Below are positions 24,201 to 33,300 of a stretch of DNA of 64,000 bases, in pieces. Positions within the stretch are counted from its first letter, which is position 1. The number at the start of each line of letters is the position of its first letter. The notes under the pieces were generated by a model that worked only from the letters and a program-made list of their open reading frames with translations, searched no databases and had not been told where the DNA came from. The position numbers were made by a program, and so were the translations under genes. Source of the stretch: Flavobacteriales bacterium (lineage in GTDB: Bacteria; Bacteroidota; Bacteroidia; Flavobacteriales; BACL11); assembly GCA_002697505.1 (NCBI GenBank), contig NZWA01000041.1:11186-75185 (forward strand), read 5' to 3'.

Positions 24201-26071
24201 ACGCATCAGGCTCAGATAGTACTATAGGAACAGGAGGCAGTGAAATGAAAGTCATTGTCCAACGAGTTCCTCATTACGCGAACTTAACCGTAGGTGAAAG
24301 TGCCACTATGACTGCCAGCAAGTGGAACGGCACTAAAGGAGGTTTGATGATTTTTAGAGTAGGAGGGACTCTTACAAATAATGGAACTATAGATGCTGGG
24401 GGTATTGGGTATAGAGGGGGTTTTGCTGGAGCTGCGTTTAGCGCTAGGTCTTCAGCTGGAGAAAGTATAATGGGCGGCCCATTTGAGTACAGTTCAGATA
24501 GCGTAGCCCGTAACGATGCTGGAGGAGGATCTCATGACTGGAAGGGAACAGGCGGAAATCATCACGGGGATGATGAGATGGTAGACAATAACAATCATGG
24601 CAATTATTATAATTATACTAATCCTTATGATTATTTGGATTTCTCAGGGAATGTATTAAGTTCTATAACGGATTACTCAAAATTGCTTTTTGGTTCTGGA
24701 GGAGGGCAGTTTAGAAACGGTAACGGTGGAGATGGCGGAGGTATTATATATTTTCATGCTAACGTTTATATTCAAGACGGAACAGCTAACATAAGGTCAA
24801 GTTATCATAACGGAGGTCAGAGTAATGGAAGTAATGGCAACAGCGGTTATGGCGCTGGTGGTGAAATTCAAATTTTTGTAAATTCAGTAACCTTAACAGG
24901 GAACTCTTTTTCTGTTTCCGGAGCAAGTTATACAAACAACGGACGTGTGACTAGATCTAGTTCTGGTAGATTTAGAATGACTTACGTAAGTTTGTCTGGA
25001 AGCATCTACTCTGGCACTTACTTTTATTCTAGCCAGATAGCCGGAGCTTTTTCTGCGAGCGCTATAATACAATCAACTAACGTGCTCTCTAGCGCTGGAC
25101 AGGTTGATTCAATCAACAGACTTCTAACAACTGTTACTAGTTTGCCCGGAGGGTCACAAGCTTTAATACAGTTTGCTACGGGAACTGGAGCAGGTTTTTA
25201 CTGGCAAGATGCAACGGGAGGTTCTGGTTTAAGTACAGCTTTGACAGCAGGAACAGATACGGTGACGGACCTATCTTCTTTGAATTGGTCTGGTACTAAT
25301 TTCTATTACAAATTAACTTTAACTGGGAACGGAACTAGCACTCCAGAGCTAGATACTCTCAAAGTAGATTACGACCCTGATTTGTTTATCGGCACCGAAC
25401 AAACTTGGACATCGCAAGCTTTAGGAGATGGCACAAAAAGAATTACCCCGACTTCTTTTACAGCTTTTTGGACAGATGATTCGGACAATATAAAACCAAA
25501 ATATCAATTACTTGGTTCTGATACGTCTGATTTTTCTTCTATTAACTATTATCCGGGAGTTAGCGACTATTATCAAGATGGCGGTACGTATGATATAGAC
25601 AACGAAACTGCATTTGATTTAACGACAGCCATCACCCAGTATAATAAATACTGGAAAGTAAAAGTCTATATTTCAAGTGGCCCCACAGCTGCGGATGCTC
25701 CAACAGTAGATAGAGTAAAGTTAAACGCTAATTTAGCAGATGATTTTGATCAAAAAGGCATTGCAAAAGCATGGGTTAATTTTATAGGAGTAACTGGAGG
25801 CGATGCCACTTTAACAGATAGCTTAAACGTAACCAGCGTTAGTAGAATATCGACAGGAGTTTATACTGTTAATTTTAGCGGCCATTTTGACGATACTAAT
25901 TATATGTTTACGGCCGGTGGATATCAAAATGAAGGTGGTTATGCAGTTATGCCGGTACGTGACGCTACGGGGACTACTTCGGTCTCAGGTTATCAAATAG
26001 CAATAGTTTCTGGTCAAAGTAGAATAGATTCAACAGGACAAGGAGTTTACTTAAGTTTCTTAGGAAGTTAA
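21272..26071 (+). CDS. Giant fibre protein with F.GL.DTP repeats, a collagen block, FTGDG modules, a Gly-rich beta-helix-like domain and a tip domain
   Basis: 1599 aa with a fibre-type N-terminus ([11 protein letters not shown]). It has eight F.GL.DTP units and a G-X-Y run at 22679-22903. Its C-terminal domain (KAWVNF...[15 protein letters not shown]) matches the C-termini of the LamG paralogues. Confidence 0.8.
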   Translation: MAGTRITQFPSLPSGSLASEDVLLVVDVSDTFYSPSGTNKATTVGDLSNFFNSQDTFIGLGDTPGSFGSAGQSVVVSADGNSLIFSGVTGVGAGGGGATSFIELTDTADSLGSEGQVTVVSGSEIVFSGIGHLVSRSELSSYVTTSQTGDFITSDQTGDFAGARTTFASLDDTPDLIGSPGQVLVVSDAGGTLQFSDTAGEGAVAFTGLNDTPSGLGIEGQAVVVSGTGLAFSGITLTSTTVVSGTGAFTAFSQLNDTPSVIPESQLVIGGPTGNLVFSGVESFVLTGETGNFADTATLESFTEGLNVGTDSSLSGRKLHVVGDVEISGTIFQSGSIFEGGGGSSTFTGLSDTPSSLGSAGQSVVVSADGNSLIFSGITGSSGGGGTTIISGETTANSGILGNDLFTGDGVKTGFMMTRAPLNAFSITVAVNGLLQAPGTNYDLISGRSGLLFPEAPSSGVEIDVRHLGGLVGPSGEQGIQGEVGAIGPTGSTGPTGPTGPTGPTGPTGPTGPTGPSGATGATGPTGPIGPSGATGERGPQGSGVVGALASDIFTGDGSTVSYNLTNSIGEAKNIIVSINGLLQSPITNYTISGSGLTFPEAPSSGLEIEVRHLQGIQGPTGATGPSGSGGATSFVGLSDTVGSLGIEGQVPVVSGTTLAFSGITAGTTSFVGLSDTVGSLGSEGQVPVVSGSTLAFSGITAGSSVDLSAVDQNIVPDATNTRDLGTTGKRWRDLYLSGTSIYLGQQVLQESGGALKLSSDDGSTFSNVTTKAVADDDYVSIASSSSQAVYDFDSTANFNNTSAAFSAGMLNPATGGRLELDLATGMFIEEYSNTNNIDTDNSSSYAIDGKAKIEQQLNTGDGSDGDVTVSTSGTYTMDTDSLIAGRTVADAVAFNADSFTTNTVVLTDTPSGIAAGDEVIIYCAQGYGTHSRTSGNTAPNSRRVNVGNYEFLTVDSVDSSSKTITFTTTKEKYYGNASGSDSTIGTGGSEMKVIVQRVPHYANLTVGESATMTASKWNGTKGGLMIFRVGGTLTNNGTIDAGGIGYRGGFAGAAFSARSSAGESIMGGPFEYSSDSVARNDAGGGSHDWKGTGGNHHGDDEMVDNNNHGNYYNYTNPYDYLDFSGNVLSSITDYSKLLFGSGGGQFRNGNGGDGGGIIYFHANVYIQDGTANIRSSYHNGGQSNGSNGNSGYGAGGEIQIFVNSVTLTGNSFSVSGASYTNNGRVTRSSSGRFRMTYVSLSGSIYSGTYFYSSQIAGAFSASAIIQSTNVLSSAGQVDSINRLLTTVTSLPGGSQALIQFATGTGAGFYWQDATGGSGLSTALTAGTDTVTDLSSLNWSGTNFYYKLTLTGNGTSTPELDTLKVDYDPDLFIGTEQTWTSQALGDGTKRITPTSFTAFWTDDSDNIKPKYQLLGSDTSDFSSINYYPGVSDYYQDGGTYDIDNETAFDLTTAITQYNKYWKVKVYISSGPTAADAPTVDRVKLNANLADDFDQKGIAKAWVNFIGVTGGDATLTDSLNVTSVSRISTGVYTVNFSGHFDDTNYMFTAGGYQNEGGYAVMPVRDATGTTSVSGYQIAIVSGQSRIDSTGQGVYLSFLGS
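22679..22903 (+). repeat. Collagen-like G-X-Y run (75 triplets, mostly GPT/GPS/GAT)
   Basis: An uninterrupted Gly-every-third-residue translation. The DNA is 9-bp GGN-CCN-ACN periodic. Confidence 0.9.
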
Positions 26072-26072
26072 T

Positions 26073-26080
26073 AGTGTAAT
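26073..26080 (+). promoter_or_regulatory. AGTGTAAT motif
   Basis: Exact 8-mer, 13 nt before the GTG at 26094, with AAGGA between them. Confidence 0.45.
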
Positions 26081-26093
26081 AAAGGAATAAGAA

Positions 26094-28109
26094 GTGTCAA
26101 ATATTAAGAAAATATTACCAAGCTTAGTAGATAGCGGAAATTTTACTTCCGACCTAGTTCCTGATGGTAGCGGCACTAGAGACTTAGGTAGCTCTGCTAA
26201 ACCATGGAAGGATTTATATGTAACTTCGGGCACGATCAACATTGGCGGCGAAACTATTAGTGTTGACGATGATGGCATATCTTTTTCTAGACCTATTAAA
26301 GTTAGAGAAGGTGGGCAAACGAGAAGATTAAGAGCAACTAACTCAGATTTTATAACTACAGGAGACACTGGCAATTTCGCCGATGTAAGTTCTTTGGAAA
26401 GTTTTCCACGGGGTTTAAATGTAGGAACTAGTACAAACTTAGCTAGCAGAACTTTGCAAGTGGTGGGCGATGTAGAAATCTCTGGCACTATATTTCAGAG
26501 TGGTTCTGTGTTTGAAGGCGGTGGTGGCGGAGGCGGAGGAGGAGGATCTTCGACTTTTACCGGTTTAAGCGACACTCCTAGTTCATTTACCGCAAATAAA
26601 TATTTGTCAGTAAATTCAGCAGGCAATGCTATTGAGATGGTAGATGCTGTTCAGTCTGGTCATCAGTCTGTCGAACAGGGATACTTTACCGGTCTAACTT
26701 TAAATGGAACAGGGACTGGGATCCTGCAAAACGCAAGTGGCACAATTTCTAATTTAGATCTCGCCGATAATAAGTTTGATGTTAGTGTCATAGAGGAAAG
26801 AGACAGCACTACCGGAGATGCATATCTTAGTTCGGTGGAGCTGCAGTGTACTTACGAAACTAATATTAACGATGAGAGTGATAATGCTGTAACAGCCACA
26901 GCAGTAGGCTCTGCCGCGAGAAGCACCTCCCAAGCCAAAGAAGGAAGCGCTAGTTTAGATACAAATGGTGACTACATAACATTTCCATATAGTGCCGACT
27001 ATACGAAAATGAGTGGTGATTTTACTATAGAAGTATGGTTTTACTATCAAGGTGATGAAGGCATGATAGCATCTGCCGGTAACGGATCAAATGGTTGGGG
27101 CTTTTACGTAAACACCTCAGGAGACGGCGGAAATCATGGAATAAGGTGGCAGACTTATGGCAGCCAGAGCATGAACGTTTACCAACGCCTTGGCGGCAGT
27201 TTTTCAAGTTCTACTTGGTACCACGCAGCTGTGGTTAGAAGTGGTAATAGCGTAAAAGTTTATTTAAATGGTGTTTCTAGTCATGGAGCTTCGTCCATGA
27301 CTTCTGGTTTGGAAAACGGTAGCAATACTTTGCTCTATGTTGGTACTTATAGCGGCACGGGACAACAGAATCTACAACGCCTAGATGCATTTTTAGACCT
27401 GTTCCGAATTACCACAGCTGCTAGATACACATCTAATTTTACTCCACCCACCAGCTTTCAAGGAAATGTAACAGAAGCTAAATATATCGGGCAGATAGGC
27501 GGTATAGATGATAGCGATGTAGACTACGGAATACAGAAATTATCTAACTCGCAGTTGATGATTAAAAAGTTGTCGAGTAATGATTTTACTCCCGACAGAC
27601 TTTATGTAAACGTAAATAAATTAGGCGCGCTGGGACAAGGCATAGCTTTTGATCAGCTTTATACTGGAGATGGCACGACTACTAATTACGCACTTTCAGA
27701 GAACGTTTCTAACGCAAGAGATGTACTAGTATCGGTTGAAGGTCTAATACAAACGCCGATAACCGACTATACTCTTTTAGGTCAGACGGGAGTTTCGTTT
27801 ACAACCGGCGTTACAAGTGGTCACGAAATTAGTTTCCGACACTTGGCTTTAGGGCCTTCAGGCGCAACTGGCCCAGCAGGAGCTTCGGCGAATATTAGTT
27901 ATCTAACTAACAGATTTACCGGCAACGGAGTTGTTAGTGGTTTTGAAATGACGAGATCAATTTCAACTGCAGATCAAATTTTTGTTTTTGTGAACGGATT
28001 AGTGCAAGATAGTGGAGAGAACTTTAGCGTTACTAACGGAACAGGGTTATTTTTCTCCAGCGGAGAAATAGCTAGCGGAGATAAAATCATGGTGAGGCAT
28101 ATATACTAA
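26094..28109 (+). CDS. Fibre protein with an internal LamG-type domain
   Basis: 671 aa with a GTG start. It has a VGDVEISG-Gly10 hinge and a LamG pattern (SLDTNGDYITFP...GDFTIEVWFY...WYHAAVVRSGNSVKVYLNG...LDLFRITTAARYTSNFTPPT). It also has a short [12 protein letters not shown] collagen stretch and two FTGDG modules, and it ends in IMVRHIY. Confidence 0.8.
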   Translation: MSNIKKILPSLVDSGNFTSDLVPDGSGTRDLGSSAKPWKDLYVTSGTINIGGETISVDDDGISFSRPIKVREGGQTRRLRATNSDFITTGDTGNFADVSSLESFPRGLNVGTSTNLASRTLQVVGDVEISGTIFQSGSVFEGGGGGGGGGGSSTFTGLSDTPSSFTANKYLSVNSAGNAIEMVDAVQSGHQSVEQGYFTGLTLNGTGTGILQNASGTISNLDLADNKFDVSVIEERDSTTGDAYLSSVELQCTYETNINDESDNAVTATAVGSAARSTSQAKEGSASLDTNGDYITFPYSADYTKMSGDFTIEVWFYYQGDEGMIASAGNGSNGWGFYVNTSGDGGNHGIRWQTYGSQSMNVYQRLGGSFSSSTWYHAAVVRSGNSVKVYLNGVSSHGASSMTSGLENGSNTLLYVGTYSGTGQQNLQRLDAFLDLFRITTAARYTSNFTPPTSFQGNVTEAKYIGQIGGIDDSDVDYGIQKLSNSQLMIKKLSSNDFTPDRLYVNVNKLGALGQGIAFDQLYTGDGTTTNYALSENVSNARDVLVSVEGLIQTPITDYTLLGQTGVSFTTGVTSGHEISFRHLALGPSGATGPAGASANISYLTNRFTGNGVVSGFEMTRSISTADQIFVFVNGLVQDSGENFSVTNGTGLFFSSGEIASGDKIMVRHIY

Positions 28110-29188
28110 TGAAAGAATTTAAACTAGATAAAATTAAAGCCACTGGCACGACGCTCGGAGACTTACATTTTCCGAAAGTGAGGTTGTTACTGCCTCTTGA
28201 TGGGAGCAACGGGGCGACTGCCACGTCTGACTCTAGTAATGATAATAGAACTATAACTTTTGTAGGTTCTGATAGTGAAATTTCCACAGCACAAAGTAAA
28301 TTTGGCGAGAGTAGTTTGTCAATAACCGGTGGTAGTAGCAGAATCACCACTCCCGGAACTAGTAACCTGAGCGCGACAGGAGATTTTACCATGGAAGTGT
28401 GGATTTACAATTCAAGCACTTCGGACTATCCATGCTTAATCACTAATGGTGCTTCTTCTAACGAATTAAGTCTATATTTGGCTAGCACAGCCTCTAACCA
28501 AATTCTTAGAATGTGGAATAACGGTTCCGTAACTAACTTTTCTACAACGCTACCTCAAAATCAGTGGTATCATTTTGCTCTAGTTAGAAGCGGAAGCACT
28601 GTAAAGTTATATGTAAACGGCACGGCGGATTCAACTACTAGAAGCGACTCGGGGACTTATGGATGGGGCAGCCAAAGCAACTTGCATATAGGGGGCTATC
28701 CGACAAGAACGGATTATAATTTTGAAGGTTACCTAGATGATTTTCGCCTTACGGTTGGAACGGCTCGCTACACAACAAACTTCACCCCACCAACAACCGC
28801 TCATTTAACTTCGGCCGGAGACGTTAACAAACACATCGTCGTCAACTCGGACGCTGATGGGGTAGCGATTGGCACGGGTGGCATTAATCAAGCACGGATT
28901 GCTCATGCGTGGTGCAATTGGGACGGCACTCAAGCTGCCGCAAGTATGATAGACGGCTCTTATAACATATCAAGTATAACCGACAGCGGCACAGGAGACT
29001 ATACTCTTAATTTTTCTACAGCAGCGTCAGATGCTAATTTTGCTGCAACTTCTTGTGGTATAGGGACTACAAATCAAAGTGATGTGCTTTGCCGCCCTTC
29101 GAGCGCATCTGCTATTCGGCATTTCTCTAGACATAATGGATCAGCTTACGACAATCCTGATGCAGCAATAATAGTTTTCGGGAATTAA
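28109..29188 (+). CDS. LamG-type fibre-tip paralogue P1 (type-A N-terminus)
   Basis: 359 aa. Sequence landmarks: GDLHFPKVRLLLPLDGSNGAT; SKFGESSLSI; GDFTMEVWIY; WYHFALVRSGSTVKLYVNG; LDDFRLTVGTARYTTNFTPPT; HLTSAGDVNKHIVVNSDADGVAIGTGGINQARIAHAW; it ends in VFGN. Confidence 0.8.
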   Translation: MKEFKLDKIKATGTTLGDLHFPKVRLLLPLDGSNGATATSDSSNDNRTITFVGSDSEISTAQSKFGESSLSITGGSSRITTPGTSNLSATGDFTMEVWIYNSSTSDYPCLITNGASSNELSLYLASTASNQILRMWNNGSVTNFSTTLPQNQWYHFALVRSGSTVKLYVNGTADSTTRSDSGTYGWGSQSNLHIGGYPTRTDYNFEGYLDDFRLTVGTARYTTNFTPPTTAHLTSAGDVNKHIVVNSDADGVAIGTGGINQARIAHAWCNWDGTQAAASMIDGSYNISSITDSGTGDYTLNFSTAASDANFAATSCGIGTTNQSDVLCRPSSASAIRHFSRHNGSAYDNPDAAIIVFGN

Positions 29189-29191
29189 AAA

Positions 29192-30316
29192 ATGAATTTA
29201 CAAAAATTAAGACTAGGACAACTGAAACCAGCGGACGGAGCGACGACGCTTGGGGATGTGTATTATCCTCAAACTGTCCTACTGACACCTTTCGAGGGAA
29301 CAAACGGTTCCACGTCTATTAGCGATTTAAGCACAAGGAACCACTCCTCAACTTTTAGCGGTAGCAGCCTTTCGATTTCTACATCTCAAAGTAAATTTGG
29401 ATCAAGTAGCTTATTTCATAATAATCAAAGCTCGACTACCGACCACGTAAGTTTGGGATCAAATAGCGACTTTTTAATAAATCAAAATACAGAATACACT
29501 CTTGAATTTTGGTATCGTGCTTTAGATACTACTGCTAATATCCCCTTTCTTGGTTATGGAACATACAGTAGCGCTATTCAATTCCAAATGTACGCTACTG
29601 GAGATGGAGCCGTAATTTTTAAGCAGGGTAGCGGGTCTTGGGGTTGGGGAAGTATAACTATTACGGGCGGAACCTTGACCGTAGATACTTGGAAGCATAT
29701 AGCAGTAGTAAGAAATGCCGGAACATTAACAGTATATGTGGATGGAACAAGCGTTGGAAGTGCGAGCACGGCAAATTGGGGAGGTAGTACAGGGACGCTG
29801 AGAATTGGGACTTACTTTGGAAATTCACGAGTTGGTTATTTTTATATGGATGATCTTCGGATCACTAAAGGTATCGCTCGTTACACTGGTAATTTTACCC
29901 CGCCAACAACCGCCCATTTAACTTCCTCCGGAGACGCAAATAAACAAATCGTCGTCAACTCCGATGCGGATGGAGTGGCAATCGGAACTGGCGGCATTAA
30001 CCAAGCGCGGGTTGCGAAAGCGTGGGTTAGATTTGATCAGACGGGGAGTCAGTCTATAGACTCTAGCTATAATATATCAAGTGTAACTGATACAAATACA
30101 GGAATAAGCACTTTAAATTTTTCAACAGCGATGAGTGACGCAAACTACTCTGTCGTCGCTACTGGCGGAAGCACTAATGCAAGATATTATGCTAGTACAT
30201 GGTCAATAGGAACAAGTAGTTTTCAGGTAAGAAATTTTTCAGTTTATAATGGAAGCTCTTTAGGAGAGCATTATATAGATAGAGCAGATTGCTCAGCAAT
30301 AGTTTTCGGAAATTAA
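29192..30316 (+). CDS. LamG-type fibre-tip paralogue P2 (type-B N-terminus)
   Basis: 374 aa. The N-terminus is LQKLRLGQLKPADG.TT.GDVYYPQT. It has the LamG pattern, the same hinge block and a VFGN end. Confidence 0.8.
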   Translation: MNLQKLRLGQLKPADGATTLGDVYYPQTVLLTPFEGTNGSTSISDLSTRNHSSTFSGSSLSISTSQSKFGSSSLFHNNQSSTTDHVSLGSNSDFLINQNTEYTLEFWYRALDTTANIPFLGYGTYSSAIQFQMYATGDGAVIFKQGSGSWGWGSITITGGTLTVDTWKHIAVVRNAGTLTVYVDGTSVGSASTANWGGSTGTLRIGTYFGNSRVGYFYMDDLRITKGIARYTGNFTPPTTAHLTSSGDANKQIVVNSDADGVAIGTGGINQARVAKAWVRFDQTGSQSIDSSYNISSVTDTNTGISTLNFSTAMSDANYSVVATGGSTNARYYASTWSIGTSSFQVRNFSVYNGSSLGEHYIDRADCSAIVFGN

Positions 30317-30321
30317 AAAAA

Positions 30322-30329
30322 AGTGTAAT
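30322..30329 (+). promoter_or_regulatory. AGTGTAAT motif
   Basis: Exact 8-mer after an A8 run, 13 nt before the ATG at 30343, with AAGGA between them. Confidence 0.45.
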
Positions 30330-30342
30330 TAAACTCTAAGGA

Positions 30343-33300
30343 ATGGCAACGGAAATTAAAAAGTTAAGACCGGAAAGTATAAGGACCACAGGTGCATCGG
30401 CTAATGACGTGCTCACTATTAGTGGCGGCGAAACAGTTTTCGCAAATGAACTTTCTTTGTCTGGCTTGAATATCGGCACTTCTGAGTCGGTAGCTGGTAA
30501 AAAACTCAATATAGTTGGTGATGTAGAGATTTCCGGAACTCTTTTCCAAAGCGGTGATATTTTCACTTCAAGCCCAGATTTAACCCAATCTGGATTCCTT
30601 ACCGAAGAAAGTACTTCTGGTACATACTCTACTCAATTTAATGTAACTGCAGGAGGAGGTGTCTATTACGTAAGTGAGATAACTGCGGGAAGCCATACAA
30701 CAACTTCACAAGTTCAACAGTTGGAGCTGTATTTACAAAGAGGAAACTCCTACAAATTTACTACTGACTCCAGCACTAATGGCCATCCTCTTATTGTTGT
30801 TACCCAAGGCGGAGGAGGAGGTTATACATATGAGTACACTTCCGGGGTAACAAATTCCAGAGCTCAAAACGGCGGAATACTTTATTTCAGAGTTCCTCAA
30901 TCTGCCCCTGACACTCTTTATTATCAATGTGGCGTTCATAGTAATATGGGCGCAGCTATCAATATCGTAGGGGCAAGTGGGGCTACGGGACCTACTGGAC
31001 CTACTGGACCTACAGGTCCTACTGGCCCAACGGGTCCTACTGGACCAACTGGCCCAACCGGCCCTGCTGGCTCAGATGGCTCAGATGGAGCTACAGGACC
31101 AACCGGACCAACTGGGCCAACCGGACCAACTGGACCGACTGGGCCATCCGGAGCAACAGGTGCAACTGGTCCTGCAGGTCCTACAGGACCAACCGGTCCC
31201 ACCGGCCCATCAGGCGCGACAGAAAACCTTTCTGCTTCAGGCTTTGTAGATTCATCGACAAATCAAACAATCGGTGGCAATAAGACTTTCATAAATGATG
31301 TTTCTATTAATAATTTAACTGTAACAGGAACTACGACGACAGTAAATACTACTGACCTTAATGTTAAAGATAATATAATTAAGATAAACAGCGGTGAGGC
31401 TGGCGCAGGTATTAGTTTAAATTCTGGAGGACTAGTAATAGATAGAGGTAGCGCTACTGATGCAAATATTTTATTTAATGATACTACTGATAGGTTTGAA
31501 GTAAACTTCCCTATAGCTACAGAAGGAACTTTAATACCGACTGCTTTTACTGGATTAACTGATACTCCCGGTTCAATTACAGCTGGGCAAGTTTTAGTAG
31601 GTAGCGGAAGTAGTATTACTTTTTCTGGTACAGACGCTCTTGTTGGCCCAGCAGGATCTACGGGTCCGACTGGACCAACGGGACCAACAGGTCCTAGCGG
31701 CGCAACTGGCGCAGCTGGCTCGACTGGCCCTACTGGCCCTACTGGTCCAACAGGGCCTACAGGTCCAACAGGCCCAACGGGTCCGACTGGGCCTGCGGGA
31801 GCAGGTGGAGGCGGAGGAGCTTCGGCAACTCTAACCTCAGATACTTTTACAGCTAACGGAGCGCTTACTGGATTTTCACTTTCTCTTACTCCTTCAGGAG
31901 TAAACAGTATATTAGTAAGTATTGGTGGCATACTTCAAACCCCAACTACAAACTATGTATTAGATGGTAGCACTCTTAATTTAACAAGTGCACCTCCTTC
32001 TGGAGCAGAAATAGAAGTAAGAAATTTAGACTATCAAGGTGCTAGTGGCGCGACTGGCGCAACTGGTCCAGCCGGTCCGACAGGCCCAACGGGTCCTACC
32101 GGCCCAGCGGGTGCGACTGGCCCTAGTGGCGCGACAGGCGCTACAGGTCCCGCCGGTCCCGCCGGAGCAGACGGCGCAACAGTAACTGGCGTCGGGATAG
32201 CTTTCAGTCAAACTTTTACAGGTGACGGAACTACAGCAAATTACGCTCTTAATGCAGGGATTAACACTACTAAAGACGTATTAGTTTCAATTCAAGGATA
32301 CGTTCAAACTCCAGATATAGATTATACTTTATTAGGGACTACAGGAATATCCTTTAGCACGGGTGTTATGAATGGGCATGAAGTAAACATTCGTCATCTT
32401 GCTATGGGGCCAAGCGGCGTTGCGGGAGCGACAGGTCCAACAGGCCCAGCGGGTTCGACAGGGCCTAGCGGTGCGACTGGCGCGGCTGGCCCAACGGGTC
32501 CAACAGGCCCTGCAGGTTCAACTGGTCCGACTGGCCCAACTGGTCCTACGGGGCCAACCGGTCCCACCGGCCCATCAGGAGCGACAGAAAATTTGTCTGC
32601 TTCTGGCTTTATAACAACTGGAGACACAGGGAATTTTGCTGATACGACCATATTAGAAAGTTTTTCTCAGGGGTTAAACGTTGGTACTAGTTCTAATTTA
32701 GCAAGCAGAAAATTGCACGTCGTTGGTGACGTAGAGATTTCAGGAACTATCTTCCAAAGTGGCTCAGTATTTGAAGGCGGCGGTGGAGGCGGTGGCTCAT
32801 CTACTTTCGTAGGGTTAAGTGATACCCCGGGAAGCTTTACAGCCAATAAATATGTTAGAGTTAATTCGGCAGGCAACGCTTTAGAATTTACAGAAACTGT
32901 TGGAGGTATAAATAGTACTGATATTTTCACAGGAGATGGATCAGTTTCAGGATTTTTGCTAACTCCTACCGCAGTCACTTCTACAAAAGATTTACTAGTA
33001 TCTATAAATGGTGTTCTTCAAAGACCAGATACTGACTATAGTATTGTAGGTAATACTGGATTATTTTTTAATACTAGTGTTACTAGTGGGTATTTTGTAG
33101 AGGCTAGGCATATAGTTGGAGTGAGCGGCGCGGCAGGTCCAGCGGGTCCAGCGGGTCCAGCGGGTCCATCGGGCGCAAGCGTAACTGGCGTGGGAATAGC
33201 TTTTGATCAGTCTTATACAGGCAACGGGTCAACTACTAACTATGCTTTATCTAGCAGCGTTTCTCATGTTAGGGACTTGTTGGTAGTAGTTGAGGGCATG

